64,000 bases of DNA from Dendrobates tinctorius (taxonomy: Eukaryota). The stretch is from contig NW_027361738.1 in assembly GCF_039654945.1 (NCBI RefSeq), forward strand, positions 92,070,001-92,134,000, given 5' to 3'. Position numbers and translations under genes: made by a program. The stretch's first letter is position 1. Every line of letters starts with the position of its first letter. This document shows, in pieces, positions 12,429 to 25,535 of this stretch. The notes under the pieces were generated by a model that was not told where the DNA came from, searched no databases, and saw nothing but the letters and a program-made list of their open reading frames with translations.

Positions 12429-12621
12429 ATGGTCCTCTATCACAAGGAGTTCGCCGATGCTGGCAAAAAGTCTGGTCTCCAGATATGGCGAATTGAGAAA
12501 ATGGACCTGGCCCCGGTCCCTGAAAACCTATATGGCAACTTCTACGTTGGAGACGCTTATCTGGTCCTAAATACCATAGTGAAGAATAACAGCAAGTACT
12601 ATGACCTGCACTTCTGGCTGG
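12429..12621 (+). CDS. SCIN: Scinderin (adseverin) coding exon 1
   Basis: ATG at 12429 encodes [47 protein letters not shown]...YDLHFWLG, the start of gelsolin domain 1 with a scinderin-type N-terminus (no signal peptide). Ends in phase 1 at G|gtaggt. Confidence 0.92.
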
Positions 12622-13039
12622 GTAGGTTCTCTCTATTTTTGCATTATTTTGCTCCTGGGTTGGATATTAATCGGAATACGAGACAGATGTAGCAGAGCTG
12701 AATCGGTGCAGGACGCACGCGGGGAAAGAAGAATTCACTAAGCCGAGATCTTGCAGTCAGTGACACATAGGGGGGAAGTGAGCATCTTTTCATGAGTTAT
12801 GCCATATGACAAACTCGTCTCTGCTAGATCTGCGCGCCATGGTGATCACCTGTGAAGGTGTAGGCGGCGGTGACAATAACCTCCTTAGGGCATGTCCAAA
12901 CTGGAGTGACGGTATAATGAGCCTCATCTGCTGATGAGCCGCCAGTTGGAACCTGAATTATAGTTTTCATTATTTCGTGTTTACTAAATGTTAGTCGAAT
13001 ATTTCCCAGGATAATACAGTCTATGGTGCTGTGATTTAA

Positions 13040-13347
13040 AGGGATTGTCCAGGATTAGAAACACATAGCTTCTTTTTTTTCCCAAAAAGACTGCCCTCTG
13101 TGTCCACAGGTTGGGTCTGGTATTGCAGCTTATTTCCATTGAAAGTAATAAAGTTGAGCTGCAATACCAGACCCAACCTGAGGACATGTGTGGCGCCGTC
13201 CGGGTAATACAGGAAAGGACTAGTCCACCATAGAGAGATACATTCTTAGTGTCCACTATCTAGATGAGAATCACCACCTTTATTAACTCATAATTACGTA
13301 TTAAGGAGTATAAAATGTATTTTTATTTTACAACCTGGAAAACCCCG
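13040..13347. mobile_element. TTAA-flanked MITE (T2/Kolobok-like)
   Basis: TTAA|AGGGATTGTCCAGG ... CCTGGAAAACCCCG|TTAA with an internal palindrome. Confidence 0.65.
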
Positions 13348-13351
13348 TTAA

Positions 13352-13714
13352 AGAGGTCCTGTCACTTGTAGTTAACATATATATTTTTGCTTGGCGTAAA
13401 TGCCGCTGTTCTCCTGAATCCGACGATTTTTTTCTTTTGTTCCTGCGCCTCTCCATTCCTGATATATAGCCCCTTCTTTTCTGCATACAAATCTAGTTAT
13501 TTAGCCAAGTGGGTGTGGTCCTGAACTGTTTTTTTTTTTTAAAGACCATACCCATTTGGCGAGCAACACTTGATTTATATACAAGGAAGAGGGGGCCATA
13601 TCTCAGGGACAGAGAGGCACAGAAACAAAAGAATGACAGCGCCCGATTCGGGAGAACAGCGGCATTTAAACCCTGTACAACAATTATATATTTATGGCAA
13701 GTGACAGGTCCCCT
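13352..13714. mobile_element. TTAA-flanked palindromic MITE (T2/Kolobok-like)
   Basis: TTAA|AGAGGTCCTGTCAC ... GTGACAGGTCCCCT|TTAA with long imperfect arms. Same family as 25152-25535. Confidence 0.8.
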
Positions 13715-14662
13715 TTAAAAAAAAATTGTCCATTTGCTAAGGGTCTGAACGGCAAAAAAATACTTGAGTAAGTGATAAATCTAACTCGCTCATTCCCCGC
13801 TGCTCTCATGCTTTCAGGCACCAGTGACTTCTTGGTTCCTGTTAAAAAAGAATTGTCACCGGTGAAAAGTATCCAGATTCGCTCTTTTTTCCCAGCTGCT
13901 CCTCTGAGTATTCCACTTTTTTCCTCTCCTAAATCTGCCATACAGTTCTAGAGATATGGGTCTTTTTCTTTAGTGCTAATTTTTTCGGTGTTTACCAAGG
14001 ACTCGGGGCTCAAAGGATCCTCGGGGGCGTGTCCTTAGCCTGATCTGTATTATTATCCTGGGAGCTACGCCCCCTTGGTAAAGGCCATAAAAATTTGTAC
14101 TAGATATAAAGGATTGTATCTCTGTAACCGTATGGTGGATTTAAAAAAAGTAAAAAGCAGAACACTCGGGGGAATACCTGGAATTAAAACAAAAGTAAAA
14201 ACTCTACAATGGACAGACTCTAAAAGAGAACGCAGATCCTTTTTAACACACAGGTAATTATTATCACTGTGGAGGCAGGTCACAGTCACCATTGCCACCT
14301 GTGATTGGCTGATCGGTCATTTCCTGTTCTTTTTTGAGAAGGAAGCATAGACCCGAAAATGGAGGAACCGAAATCATGGAAGATGTGATTATCGCTTCTA
14401 TTGGATGGATTTTTTCAGGCCCATCTGACCCTTTTCAAAAGAAATCATTACAGGGATGACAATCCTTTAAATATCGGTCGACTTATTGGGAATTGAAATA
14501 AAAGTAAAAACTCGACAATGGGCTCTAAAGAGGACACAGGGGGTCTCTGTGATTAATGACTGTGATCACCTACTATGACCATATTATCCATATTCTTTTT
14601 TCAACATCTGGAGCTTTCTGATGGCCTCCAGCATCTTGAGTTACTCCAAGACGGCTTGTGCC

Positions 14663-14929
14663 TAGGGATGAGCGGACGCGTGGAAGAGCAGGTTCTGGTC
14701 CCTTACAAGGACTTTATTCCAAAGTTGGGTCCGGGTACCAGGACCTTACCCGAACTTAAACCAGAACTTTACCTGAACTTGGACCCAAACTTTTGAGCTG
14801 GAAAATATTCTCTCTCTCCTGGAACATTGCACTGGGCTTCCGGGAGAAGTCCACATTTGGCATTTACCCCTGGACACCAAATGTCTGGTACGAACCCCAC
14901 ACTTTTAAGTTCGTGTTCGCTCATCTCTA
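14663..14929. mobile_element. Short non-autonomous DNA transposon, hAT-like termini
   Basis: TAGGGATGAGCG ... CGCTCATCTCTA terminal inverted repeats; no TSD recognisable. Confidence 0.55.
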
Positions 14930-15869
14930 TATGAGACATTATCTAATTTAGAGGGGTCCTGAGAACTAAACTCCATCCTCGTAGTGAAACATTAACAATA
15001 GGCTGTAGGATGTGAGAATGTCAGCTTATGGGAAGCATCTCATCCACCGGTGTTACAAAATGTCGATACAACCACTTTACAGTGGGGGAAGGGAAGTGAC
15101 AACTGTTATGGGTGCCACACTATGGTGGTTGTCACTACGTTCTCCAGTTTATGATACGTAACGTACAAAAATAATTTGAATTGTTCCCGCAGTTGTCACT
15201 TGTCACTAATGTTCAACCCTAGATTTGTACAATAATGTGCAATCCCTTTTTTCTCCAGTGGAGGCAGTGTAGGAAATGTGAACACTTACCACCGAGTTCC
15301 CATAGAACTGATTGTTGTTTGTGATCTGCTCATCATCTAAGGAGTCAGGACACTTTAACCTCTGCAAACAGCTCCCCATATCTCAGCTTCCGGGACTATG
15401 GGAATACTGGAAATGTATTTGTAATCTTCGCCATGTGCAGTATAAATATTTCTCCAGAGATGAGACCTCGCCAGCTAGGGCACGGGCTGTGAGATCTGGG
15501 CACTGAGTCAGGCACGGATCCAAGTAAATCATTTTTTTAAGAATTGTGACCGGAGATTCCCCTTTTAGCCATTAACGAGCCGTACTTAAAGGAACGGTGC
15601 AGAGAAACCTCTTACTCAGCACATTAAGCATCAGCGGTTTACGGTGATATTGACGTCCCTTTATGACGGATGGCTTCCTTCCTAATGTGCTCTTTGCAAT
15701 ATAGACAGAAAGTATGGGCAGGGGGGCGGTGTATATATAAGCGGATCGATTAGTGCTTGTATATATATATCCAGATAACGAGTATGTCAATATATACACA
15801 AACGTGACCTATAAAATAAACCTGATATTTAGGGGTCTCTTTAAAGGCTGTGATATCCATACGGAGGTG

Positions 15870-17755
15870 GGTGGGGGTCTGCGTTAGTTTAGGAGGTTTG
15901 GTCTGAGATTTGTGTTTAGGGGCCATGGTCTGGGGTCTGTGTTAGTTGACAAGGTCTGTTCTGAGGTCTGTATTTATTGCGATGGTCTTGTTGGTAGTCT
16001 GAAATATTTTACAGGGACTGGTTTGAATTCTGTATTAGTTCAGTGGGCCTGGTCTGGGGTTTGAAATAGTTTAGGGGGTCTGGTTTGGGATCTGAGTTAG
16101 TTTAGGGGGTCTGATCTGGGATCTTAGTTACTTAGGGAGCTGGTCTGAGGTCTGTAATAGTTTAATTGGCCTGGTCTGGGATATGAGTTAGTTTAGGGGG
16201 TCTGGTCTGTGGTTCATATTAGTTTAGGGGGTCTGGTCTGGGGTTCATATTACTTTAGGAGATCTGGGCTGGGGTTTATATTAGTTTAGAAGGTCTTATC
16301 TGGGGTCTATATTAGTTAAGGGGCCTGATCTGGGATTTGAGTTAGTTTAGGGGTCTGATCTGGGATCTACTGATCAGTTTAAGGGGCCTAGTCTGGGATC
16401 TGAATTAGTTTAAAGGGTCTGGTCTGGTGTCTATAAAAGTTGAGGGAGTCAGGTTCTGATCTAGGGTCTGTTTTAGTTAAGAGCATCTGGCCTGGGATCG
16501 AAGTTACATAGGGATCTTTCCTGGGATCTGTAATAGATTAGTTGGCCTGGTCTGGGATCTGAGTTAGTCTAGGGGGTCTGGTCTGCGGCTTATATTAGTT
16601 TAGGGGATCTGGCATTGGATCTGATATATTTTAGGGGGTCTGGTCTGGGGCTTATATTAGTTTAGGGGGTCTGACATGGGATCTGAATTAGTTTAGGGGG
16701 TCTGGTCTAGGTTTTATTTACATTTAGGGGGCCTGGTCTGGGATCTGAGTTATTTTAAAGGGTCTCGTCTGGGGTCTGTAAAGGTTTAGGGACCCTGGTC
16801 TGGGTTTGGAGTTAGTTTAGAGGGTCTGATCTGAGGTCTATATTAGATTAGGGGGCCTAGTCTGCGATCTGAGTTAGTTTAAGAGGTCTGCCCTTGGGTC
16901 TACATTAGTTTTGGTGGCCTAGTCTGGGATCTGAGTTAGTTTAAAGGGTCTGGTCTGGCATCTATAAAAATTTAGGAAGCAAGGTTCTGATCTAGGGTCT
17001 GTTTTAGTTTAGAGCATCTGGTCTGGGATCTGAGTTACTTAGTGATCTTTTCTGAGGTCTGTAAGTTTAGTTGGCCTTGTCTGGGATCTGAGTTAGTTTA
17101 GGGGGTCTGGTCTGGGGCTTATATTAGTTTAGGGGGCCTGCTCTGGGATCTGAATTAGTTTAGAGAGTCTGGTCTGGGGACTATATTAGTTTTAGGGCCT
17201 GGTCTGGGATCTGAGTTAGGTTAAAAGGTCTGCACTTGGGTCTACATTAATTTAGGGGGCTGAGACTGGGATCTGAGTTTGTTTAAAGGGTCTGGCATTT
17301 ATAAAAGTTTAGGGAGCCTGGTCTGGGATTTGAGCTAGTTTAGAGGGTCTGATCTGGGTCTATATTAGTTTCGGGGACCTAGTCTCAGATCTGAGTTAGT
17401 TTAGGGGGTCTGATTTGGGGTCTACATTAGTTTAGGGGGGCTGATCTGGGATTTGAAACAGTTTAAAGGGTCTCTTTTGGCGCCTATAAAAGTTTAGGGA
17501 GCCAGGTCTGGTATTTGAGCTAGTTTAGGGGGTCTGATCTGGGGTCTATATTAGCTTTTGGGGTCTGGGATTTAAGATAGTTTAGTGAGTCTTATCTGGG
17601 GTTTATATTAGTTTATGGGGTCTGGGATCTAAGTTTGTTTAGGGGGTCTGATCTGGAAGGTTGTATTAGTTTAGGGGGTCTAGTCTGTGGTCTCAATTTC
17701 CTTAGAGCACTTCTACTAGGGTCTCTGTTTAGGATGTCTGGTCTGGGGTCTGCAT
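15870..17755 (+). repeat. Degenerate G/T-rich ~33-bp tandem repeat
   Basis: Recurrent TTAGTTTAGGGGGTCTGGTCTGGG(A/G)TCT motif. Confidence 0.85.
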
Positions 17756-19275
17756 TATTCAATAAAACATCTCCTGTACAATATGAGACTAGAACTATGA
17801 AAGGTCCCCGACCGCCATAAACAATAATTACTGACAGCGCAAATTACTTTGAATTTTGACCCCTGGACGCTCATGCAGTTATGGGGCACAGTCCATAACC
17901 GGTGACTATGCACAGAAATCAGATGCAGAGTAATCACCGCGATCTTTAACCATAAGTTAAATATTGTTGTGAATTGTATCCTGGACGCCTTCAACTTGTG
18001 TAAAAAAAAATAATAGAAAACTATATAAAATTCTTTAGCTACAATCTATGAAACATTTCAAGAGGAATCAAAGCAATTGTCCTGCCATATAGTGCCCAAC
18101 ATATACTGCCACCATAGAGTGCGCAATAAGACCTGGTCCCGGGTTGTAAATACTCTATCATTCTGATTTATCTGATTAGATGATGGATTAAGGAGTTGGA
18201 AACCCAAGCGATGCACAGTCATGCAAGAAATTAACTCTTAGAAGTCAGGTAGCGGTGAGAGAGTGAGGATGAGTCCCTTTCTCTTTATTCGTTCGTGTTG
18301 TGCAAAACGTGTGTGGAAGTATCGATAACAGCGTGCAACAATCCCAGTCACTAGAATGAACCGGAATAAACACGGTGATACATTGTTATCAGTCAGCGGC
18401 AGTGAGTTTACTACGTTAGTTGATGAGTGCACTGTTTGGCGAGATGATATGACGCCGGATGACACAATCGGAGCTCGAGTCTCAATTCATTGGGTTGAGT
18501 GGATATGAATAAAGCGCGATCGTGTGGCCTATACTCCTATATGTGATGCCACTTTATAGCTCACAGTATTGGGCACTGTATGATGCTACTATTTTGGCGC
18601 TGCATAGCTCTGTTATTTTTATTACTTTATTAACATATTCGGGCTCCGTGACGCTATTATTTATTATACTGTTATATCATTGTATAAGGGTATATAACAG
18701 AATTTTCACACTATGTGACGATATTGTTTTAGTTACTGTATGGAGGTATGTTTTATTGCCATTAATTTACTTAGGCACTGAAAAGCTTTCATATGGTTCC
18801 TATATGAATATATACAGTATGGGCATGTTGTGACTGTATTATTCAGGCACAGAATACCTCTGTAATATGGTTACCATATGAGAGGATAATATTTAGGCAC
18901 TATGTGATGCTGTTATTTAGTCTCTTCTACTTCAGTTACAGTATGATGACACATTACATTGGCACTGGGTGTTCTTAGGCACTGTATAGGTTTTCTATTC
19001 GTTTTTTACATGCGGGTATATTACTTGAGCGCTGTATGGTGCCACTATTTAGTAGTCAATGCCCCTATTTGAGCATTGTGTGGAGCTGTCATTTATTCAC
19101 TGTGTAACGCTGCTATTTGGTTACTGGATGACGTTATATGGTTCGCGAGTTGTATGATGAAGGCTCCGCATAGGTCTATGCGGCTACTGTATGAGGGTAT
19201 ACTAGTTAGGCGACAAGTGATGCATCAGGAGGGGTTTTCATGTTTATAAGAATATTCCAACTTTTTCCTCTTTAG

Positions 19276-19430
19276 GGAACGAATGCTCCCAAGATGAAAG
19301 CACATCAGCCGCCATTTTCACCGTGCAACTGGATGACTACCTTGGAGGAAAACCCATTCAGTACAGAGAAATGCAAGGATATGAATCCGGAGTGTTCGTT
19401 GGATATTTTAAAGGAGGGATTAAGTATAAG
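19276..19430 (+). CDS. SCIN: Scinderin coding exon 2
   Basis: Acceptor ctttttcctctttag|, donor AAG|gtacga. 155 nt, phase-compatible with exon 1. Encodes (G)[51 protein letters not shown]. Confidence 0.93.
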
Positions 19431-20064
19431 GTACGATGAATTCAATACATTTTGCTACGGTGGTCTCCTAAAGTTAGAGTTCTTATTAACTCGATGCAGG
19501 CAGCAGTGGTCACATCAGAAGCATCAGGGAACACGGGACTTGGCCAGAATCCAATCTGCTCTATTCTAAATCTTTTTTTATTAGAATATTCACAGGGAGC
19601 CGTGGATGTGATTGGTTAGGGCAAACAATAGCAGCCTTTACATGAAGCCCCCACCCCAAAACTCCAGTTGCCCCCAAACTTCAGGAAACTCTTGAACCAT
19701 ATGGATCATGTATCCAAACAGATGATTGTTAGTAAAATAGGAAAGTTTATGTCCTGCTCCAGTCCCAAAACCGCGTATGTTCACTATTTACCACCCCTTT
19801 TTTTGATATCCCCATAATCTTGGAACTATCACGTCAAACTGGGGACTGTGTTTTTCTGTTACTGGATTGGTCTCAAGTTCAGAGGTTGTTATTTCCCCCA
19901 TTACCATCCCCCCACCCTTTATATCAAACTATCTCTCTGGTCCATAATAAATATGACATTCCCAAAAAGGAGGCTTATAGTGAATATATTATTACTTGGT
20001 TTTGAAAAAAGATCAACATCAAGAGTTTCTTACTTGTTACAGAGAATTTGTCAGTCGTTTTTTA

Positions 20065-20375
20065 CGTGTTAGTAGCGGTATGGCTGTGTAGATACCTGTT
20101 TTCTAATAAAAATGATACCTTCTTTGGGGAGATCCGATGCGCCAATTTGGAGAAATCAGGCATAGAAGCCATGTGCCAATCAAGTTGGAAGTGCACAGGG
20201 GGCGTGTCTATGCACTTGGAAGAAGGTGATCAAATGCATTGGCATGCTCTCCGGCCTGACTTGCATATGAATTCTACACTGGATTTTTCTTGACTAGCAC
20301 ATCTAATCACTACAAAAAAGGTATCATTTTTATTAGAGGACAATGCTCTACACAGCCATACACTACAACAAAAGC
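20065..20375. mobile_element. Palindromic MITE remnant
   Basis: Inverted arms GTATGGCTGTGTAGA...TCTAATAAAAATGATACCTT / AAGGTATCATTTTTATTAGA...TCTACACAGCCATAC. Confidence 0.55.
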
Positions 20376-20830
20376 AAAGAAATGAGCCGGAGAATAAGTT
20401 GGTATATGTACAATATGTAGGAGCATGTTCACACTGTGGCCATTTCACAGACAAAACCCTAGAAAAACAAAATTAGCAAATACCCTGTAGTAAGTAAATA
20501 AGTGAAGAGTAATAATTCATGTAAATAAAACAGGGGACTTAATTATCACTATTTTCATCCAAAAATCATAAAAGCCATCCTACCGCGACAACAAGGTGTG
20601 CCCAGACTGGACGGTGCACATGGAAGAAGTAGTTTAAATGCATTGACACACCCCCTGGGCACTTCCAATCTGATTTGCATATGACTTTTAAGCTCCTCCT
20701 CTTGCTTGCCTGAAGTCACACAGTACAGAGGTCAGTCAACCAGGAGGCAGCACTGGGCAGGGAATAGAGCTGGGGTGACAGAGGCTTCAGATCGACCATA
20801 GCTCTTCAGCCTCATTTGCATTTCAATTCA

Positions 20831-20900
20831 TGTCCTTGGTTGGATTTGAACCCAGGACTCCTGTACTGTGAAGAAACAGTGCTAACCACTGAGCCACCAT
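20831..20900 (-). mobile_element. tRNA-derived SINE head (Pol III A and B boxes)
   Basis: - strand GGTGGCTCAGTGGTTAGCAC ... GTCCTGGGTTCAAATCC. Confidence 0.75.
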
Positions 20901-21293
20901 GCAGTGCTACCCAGTGAGCTACCATATAGTGCTAACCACTGAGCCACAGTATAGTGCTAACCACTGAGCCACAGTACAGTGCTAACCACTGAGCCACAGT
21001 ACAGTGCTAACCACTGAGTCACCGTACAGTGCCAACCACTGAGCCACAGTACAGTGCCAACCACTGAGCCACAGTACAGTGCCAACCACTGAGCCACTGT
21101 ACAGTGCCAACCACTGAGCCACAGTACAGTGCCAACCACTGAGCCACAGTACAGTGCCAACCACTGAGCCACAGTACAGTGCCAACCACTGAGCCACAGT
21201 ACAGTGCTAACCACTGAGCCACAGTACAGTGCTAGCCACTGAGCCACCATACAGTGCTAACCACTGAGCCACCATACAGTGCCAACCACTGAG
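20877..21293 (-). repeat. 25-bp tandem array derived from the SINE A-box (~16 units)
   Basis: Unit CAGTGC(C/T)AACCACTGAGCCACAGTA; reverse strand contains TGGCTCAGTGG. Confidence 0.92.
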
Positions 21294-22769
21294 CTGCCCA
21301 AGGTTATCACTACCTAAACCATTACATAGTTATTTTGTACAATGAGTTACTAGTGTCAAAAGCGATGCTCAGCGGGGATACAATGTCTAGCACACAGCAG
21401 TAACACATCAAAAATCTAGACGACCGGGTTGAAAGAGTTCATTGTTGCAGCGGAAGAGCAGGATGTTGGTAAATCAGCAAAGTGACAGTTAACTGTCAAG
21501 TAGTAAACTGTGATGACAGAAGACTGATCGCACATCGTCAGGTTCTGATGCCGAGATGTAAAGTCTCTGTATACGGTCCACATGACTGTCCTCGGAGTAT
21601 ACGGCGCCTGCCTGGCATCTGCCCCTCGTAGACATTCAGTCCCATGTATTACATCTGTTACATCTCCATTGATCATCTGCCCAACAACTGCTCAAAGCTT
21701 TGATGTTCCAACAACCTCATCGGATGATTCAAAGCAAAGGGAAACTTTTTTTTTCTAGATATGACTTCAATCTGTAAAATGTCCCTATATTACCATGCGC
21801 CCTTTATAATACTGGTCTTTTATTTGGCAGCGGGTGAGACTGCTACTTTTAGATCCCCTAGAACGATGATGACGTTGGTCAAACTGAGGTCTCCAGGGGA
21901 ATAATCACACTTTGTATATGGGGAGGGCATTTTCTGGATCAGCTTGTCCATTGAGGGTATAGTAAAACCCCAATATAGACTGATGTCACTTGAAACAGCT
22001 GATTTTGACAGGATGAGCATCAAATCAAAGAGGACTCTTCCCCAACAGATGTTGGGGGAAAAAGATTGGGATTACACCACCATATTGGAGAAAGGAAGGT
22101 TTGATGATGATGTTCTCCACTACCACCTACTATCCTTTGTGTAGAAGAAAAGAGTAGCTTCAGCTGTTGGCCATGTCCTCCTTAACTCGTAAAATAATGC
22201 ATCCTACCCATTTTCATGCATCCTTACTTCTCAGCCAGACTGGTTGCAAGGAGGTTCTTTTCCTAAACAACGATGCATTTGGGTGAGTGGACGCCTCCTG
22301 CCAATCTTACCAACAGATTGCAGATGATTGTTGAGGGGTCCCAAAAAGGACAGCCTTTGCAGTTTATTAATTGTCATGGAATTGTACAACGTGAAAAACC
22401 TCTTTTATCCCCTCTCCCCGTCATATCTTGTAGATAGCTGTTGGTTGACCAACAGTGCAGCTGATCGTTCACCCAGCAGCCATCTCGCCTGACTCTCCCA
22501 TACGCGGGAACGCTCGCTCTTTGAGAAAGCCATTACAAGACTTGTCTGATGGCTGCTTATGTCATAGTTAAGAAAACGAATGGTAGTCCAAAATTGGACA
22601 TGCCGGATCCTTAGTCTGTTCAACGGTCATCTGTCTGTGGCCCTCAATACACATTAGACTGCTGTTGACCAAACCGATATTGGCGGGCTGAAGACTGAAA
22701 ATTGGTCAATGTGTTTTTCCCCACTGATACATTTACACAGTGATTCACTGCGGGACTATCAGTCTTCAT

Positions 22770-23518
22770 AGGTTAGAAAGGGACCTGTCGAATAGGTTAG
22801 AAAGGGACCTGTCGAAAGGTTAGAAAGGGACCTGTCGAAAAGGTTAGAAAGGGACCTGTCGAAAAGGTTAGAAAGGGACCTGTCGAATAGGTTAGAAAGG
22901 GACCTGTCGAAAGGTTAGAAAGGGACCTGTCGAAAAGGTTAGAAAGGGACCTGTCGAAAGGTTAGAAAGGGACGTGTCAAAAGGTTAGAAAGGGACCTGT
23001 CGAAAGGTTAGAAAGGGACCTGTCGAAAAGGTTAGAAAGGGACCTGTCGAAAGGTTAGAAAGGGACGTGTCGAAAGGTTAGAAAGGGACCTGTCGAAAGG
23101 TTAGAAAGGGACCTGTCGAAAAGGTTAGAAAGGGACCTGTCGAAAGGTTAGAAAGGGACATGTCAAAAGGTTAGAAAGGGACCTGTCGAAAGGTTAGAAA
23201 GGGACCTGTCGAATAGGTTAGAAAGGGACCTGTCGAAAGGTTAGAAAGGGACTTGTCGAATAGGTTAGAAAGGGACCTGTCGAATAGGTTAGAAAGGGAC
23301 CTGTCGAATAGGTTAGAAAGGGACCTGTCGAATAGGTTAGAAAGGGACCTGTCGAATAGGTTAGAAAGGGACCTGTCGAAAAGGTTAGAAAGGGACCTGT
23401 CGAAAGGTTAGAAAGGGACCTGTCGAATAGGTTAGAAAGGGACCTGTCGAAAGGTTAGAAGGGGACCTGTCAAAAAGGATAGAAAGGGACCTGTCAAATA
23501 GGTTAGAAAGGGACCTGT
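22770..23518 (+). repeat. 23-24-bp minisatellite (~31 units)
   Basis: Tandem AGGTTAGAAAGGGACCTGTCGAA(A/T). Confidence 0.95.
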
Positions 23519-23743
23519 AATAATAAAGACCAGCTTTAATCTCCCTGTATGTAAAAGGATAGACATGTTGAAATCCAAAATTCCCATTTCTTTGATCACT
23601 TGATGGCACACTTGAGAGGACATTCATCCACACAAGTCCACCAACATTCACCATGAGTGTTTGCCTATTTCCAAAAATCTGTCGATTTCGGAGATAACAC
23701 TTAACATTCCTATCGTAACGTTTTGCGTTATATCATTTTTCAG

Positions 23744-23905
23744 GCTGGCGGAGTGGCCTCTGGTTTCACGCACGTGGTCACTAATGACCTCACCGCACAA
23801 CGTCTGTTTCACATCAAAGGAAGGAGAGTGGTGCGAGCGACGGAGGTTCCCCTGAACTGGTCCAGCTTCAACAGCGGAGACTGCTTCATTGTAGATCTAG
23901 GATCT
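23744..23905 (+). CDS. SCIN: Scinderin coding exon 3
   Basis: Acceptor tttttcag|, donor TCT|gtaagt. 162 nt encoding [54 protein letters not shown]. Confidence 0.93.
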
Positions 23906-25151
23906 GTAAGTACCGGTAGGAAGGATTTGTAGAACGTATTTGTTATGGAAACATTAAGTGTTGTAGTTTTATGTATCAATTGCAGTTATGGGATTGTAGT
24001 ACATAGTTCTGTCCTGGCTGATAATGTCGGGACTGAATCCAGCTTCAATCCAGGTAGGGTAACCCCTTACATGTAGGTAGGTTAATCCCTTATTAATGGC
24101 TACACCAACATTTATTTAGCTCGACAGAGGGAGAAGGCTTCCTCTGTCCAACCCCTTAGTCCTACTGTGTTGTGATCACAGGGTACGAATGGATTAAGAT
24201 GGCAACCAGGGGCCCAGCGATGCCCCCCCATAGCTGCTGATAGTTTACCTATTATCATGTACACTGACAGGCATAGAATTCTGCAGTGTACAATATGAGA
24301 GATCAGGCTCATACAAGTTTAAGTCCTGAAGTGTGATTTAATAAAAAAAAAAAATAGGTTAAAATAATGCTAACAAATAAAAAAAATAATTAAAATATAA
24401 AATCATCCCCCTCCCAAAAAAAAAGGAACAATAACACATTTTTCTATATCTAAGTTGTTTTATAAAATTAAAAACTAAAAATGTAATAATAACTTATACA
24501 AACTGGTATCACCATGTCTCTAAGGATCTCAGCCATATGCTAATACTTAAACATTGAACTCTGTAAAGAACGGAATGAAAATCAATGACTTATTTGCTGA
24601 TGTTCGCTCATCCCATTTTACAAACAATGGAATAAAAGGCGATCAAGAGGTCAAATGTATTCCAAAACGATACCGTACAAACGTCAACTCGTCCTGCAAA
24701 AATCAAGTCCTGACACAGATCCTCCCAGATAAGGATTAAAACGTCATGGCTCTCAGAATATCGAAAAATAATCACAAATTCTGGTATTATTATTATTTTT
24801 AAATGAAGGCGGATCTTTATTTTCTTATAAGTTATTGTGAACATCATCATCCTTCTGTGTTTTCATTGTGTAAGTGGAAGCATTTTATTTTCAAGGTATT
24901 TTTATTGAAACATCTTTTTTTTTTTCACAAAATTATTATTTTAAAACATTTTTCATTGTCGCAGAAGTAAGAAAAAAAATGTCTATAAATTTATAATAAT
25001 TCTATACCAGTATGTATCTCAAAATTCCACCATTGAAAAAAATCAAAAAACAAAAACTCTTGTGTGACCACGTTGACCAATAAATAAAAATGTTACAGCT
25101 TTTGGAACAAGATGATGAAAAAGTGAAAACATTGCTTAGACTGTCTTTTAA

Positions 25152-25535
25152 ACAGGACCTGTCACTTCTCATAAATGTGTTATTTTTGTGCCCGGTGTAA
25201 ACGCCGCCGTTCTCCTGAATCCGGAGATGTTTTGTTTTTTTTTTTGTTCCTGCTCCTCTCCGTTTCTGATATATGGTCATTTTTTTCCTGTATATAAAAA
25301 TCTAGTATTTTTAGGCAAGTGGGTGTGGTCCTCAAAACAACTATGGTTAAAAGAGAGTTAATGGCCACACCCACTTGGCTAAAATGGCTAGATTTTTCCA
25401 TAGGATAAAAAAATGTCCATATCTCAGGAATGGAGAGGAGCAGGAACAAAAGAAAAACATCACCGGATTCAGGAGAACGGCGGCACTTATTCTAGGGGGA
25501 AAATTGTTATTTTTATGGGACGTGACAGGTCCTCT
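25152..25535. mobile_element. TTAA-flanked palindromic MITE (T2/Kolobok-like)
   Basis: TTAA|ACAGGACCTGTCAC ... GTGACAGGTCCTCT|TTAA; arms CGCCGTTCTCCTGAATCCGG / CCGGATTCAGGAGAACGGCG. Confidence 0.8.

Noticed and set aside
12267-12692. 141-aa ORF as a single exon with N-terminal extension
   Set aside because: Homology to scinderin starts at ATG 12429 and ends at the donor at 12622; the rest is UTR or intron read-through.
15870-17755. Interstitial telomeric repeat
   Set aside because: There is no tandem (TTAGGG)n; the motif is part of a longer degenerate unit.
20831-20900. tRNA gene
   Set aside because: A and B boxes are present, but there is no convincing acceptor stem or cloverleaf; it fits a SINE head.
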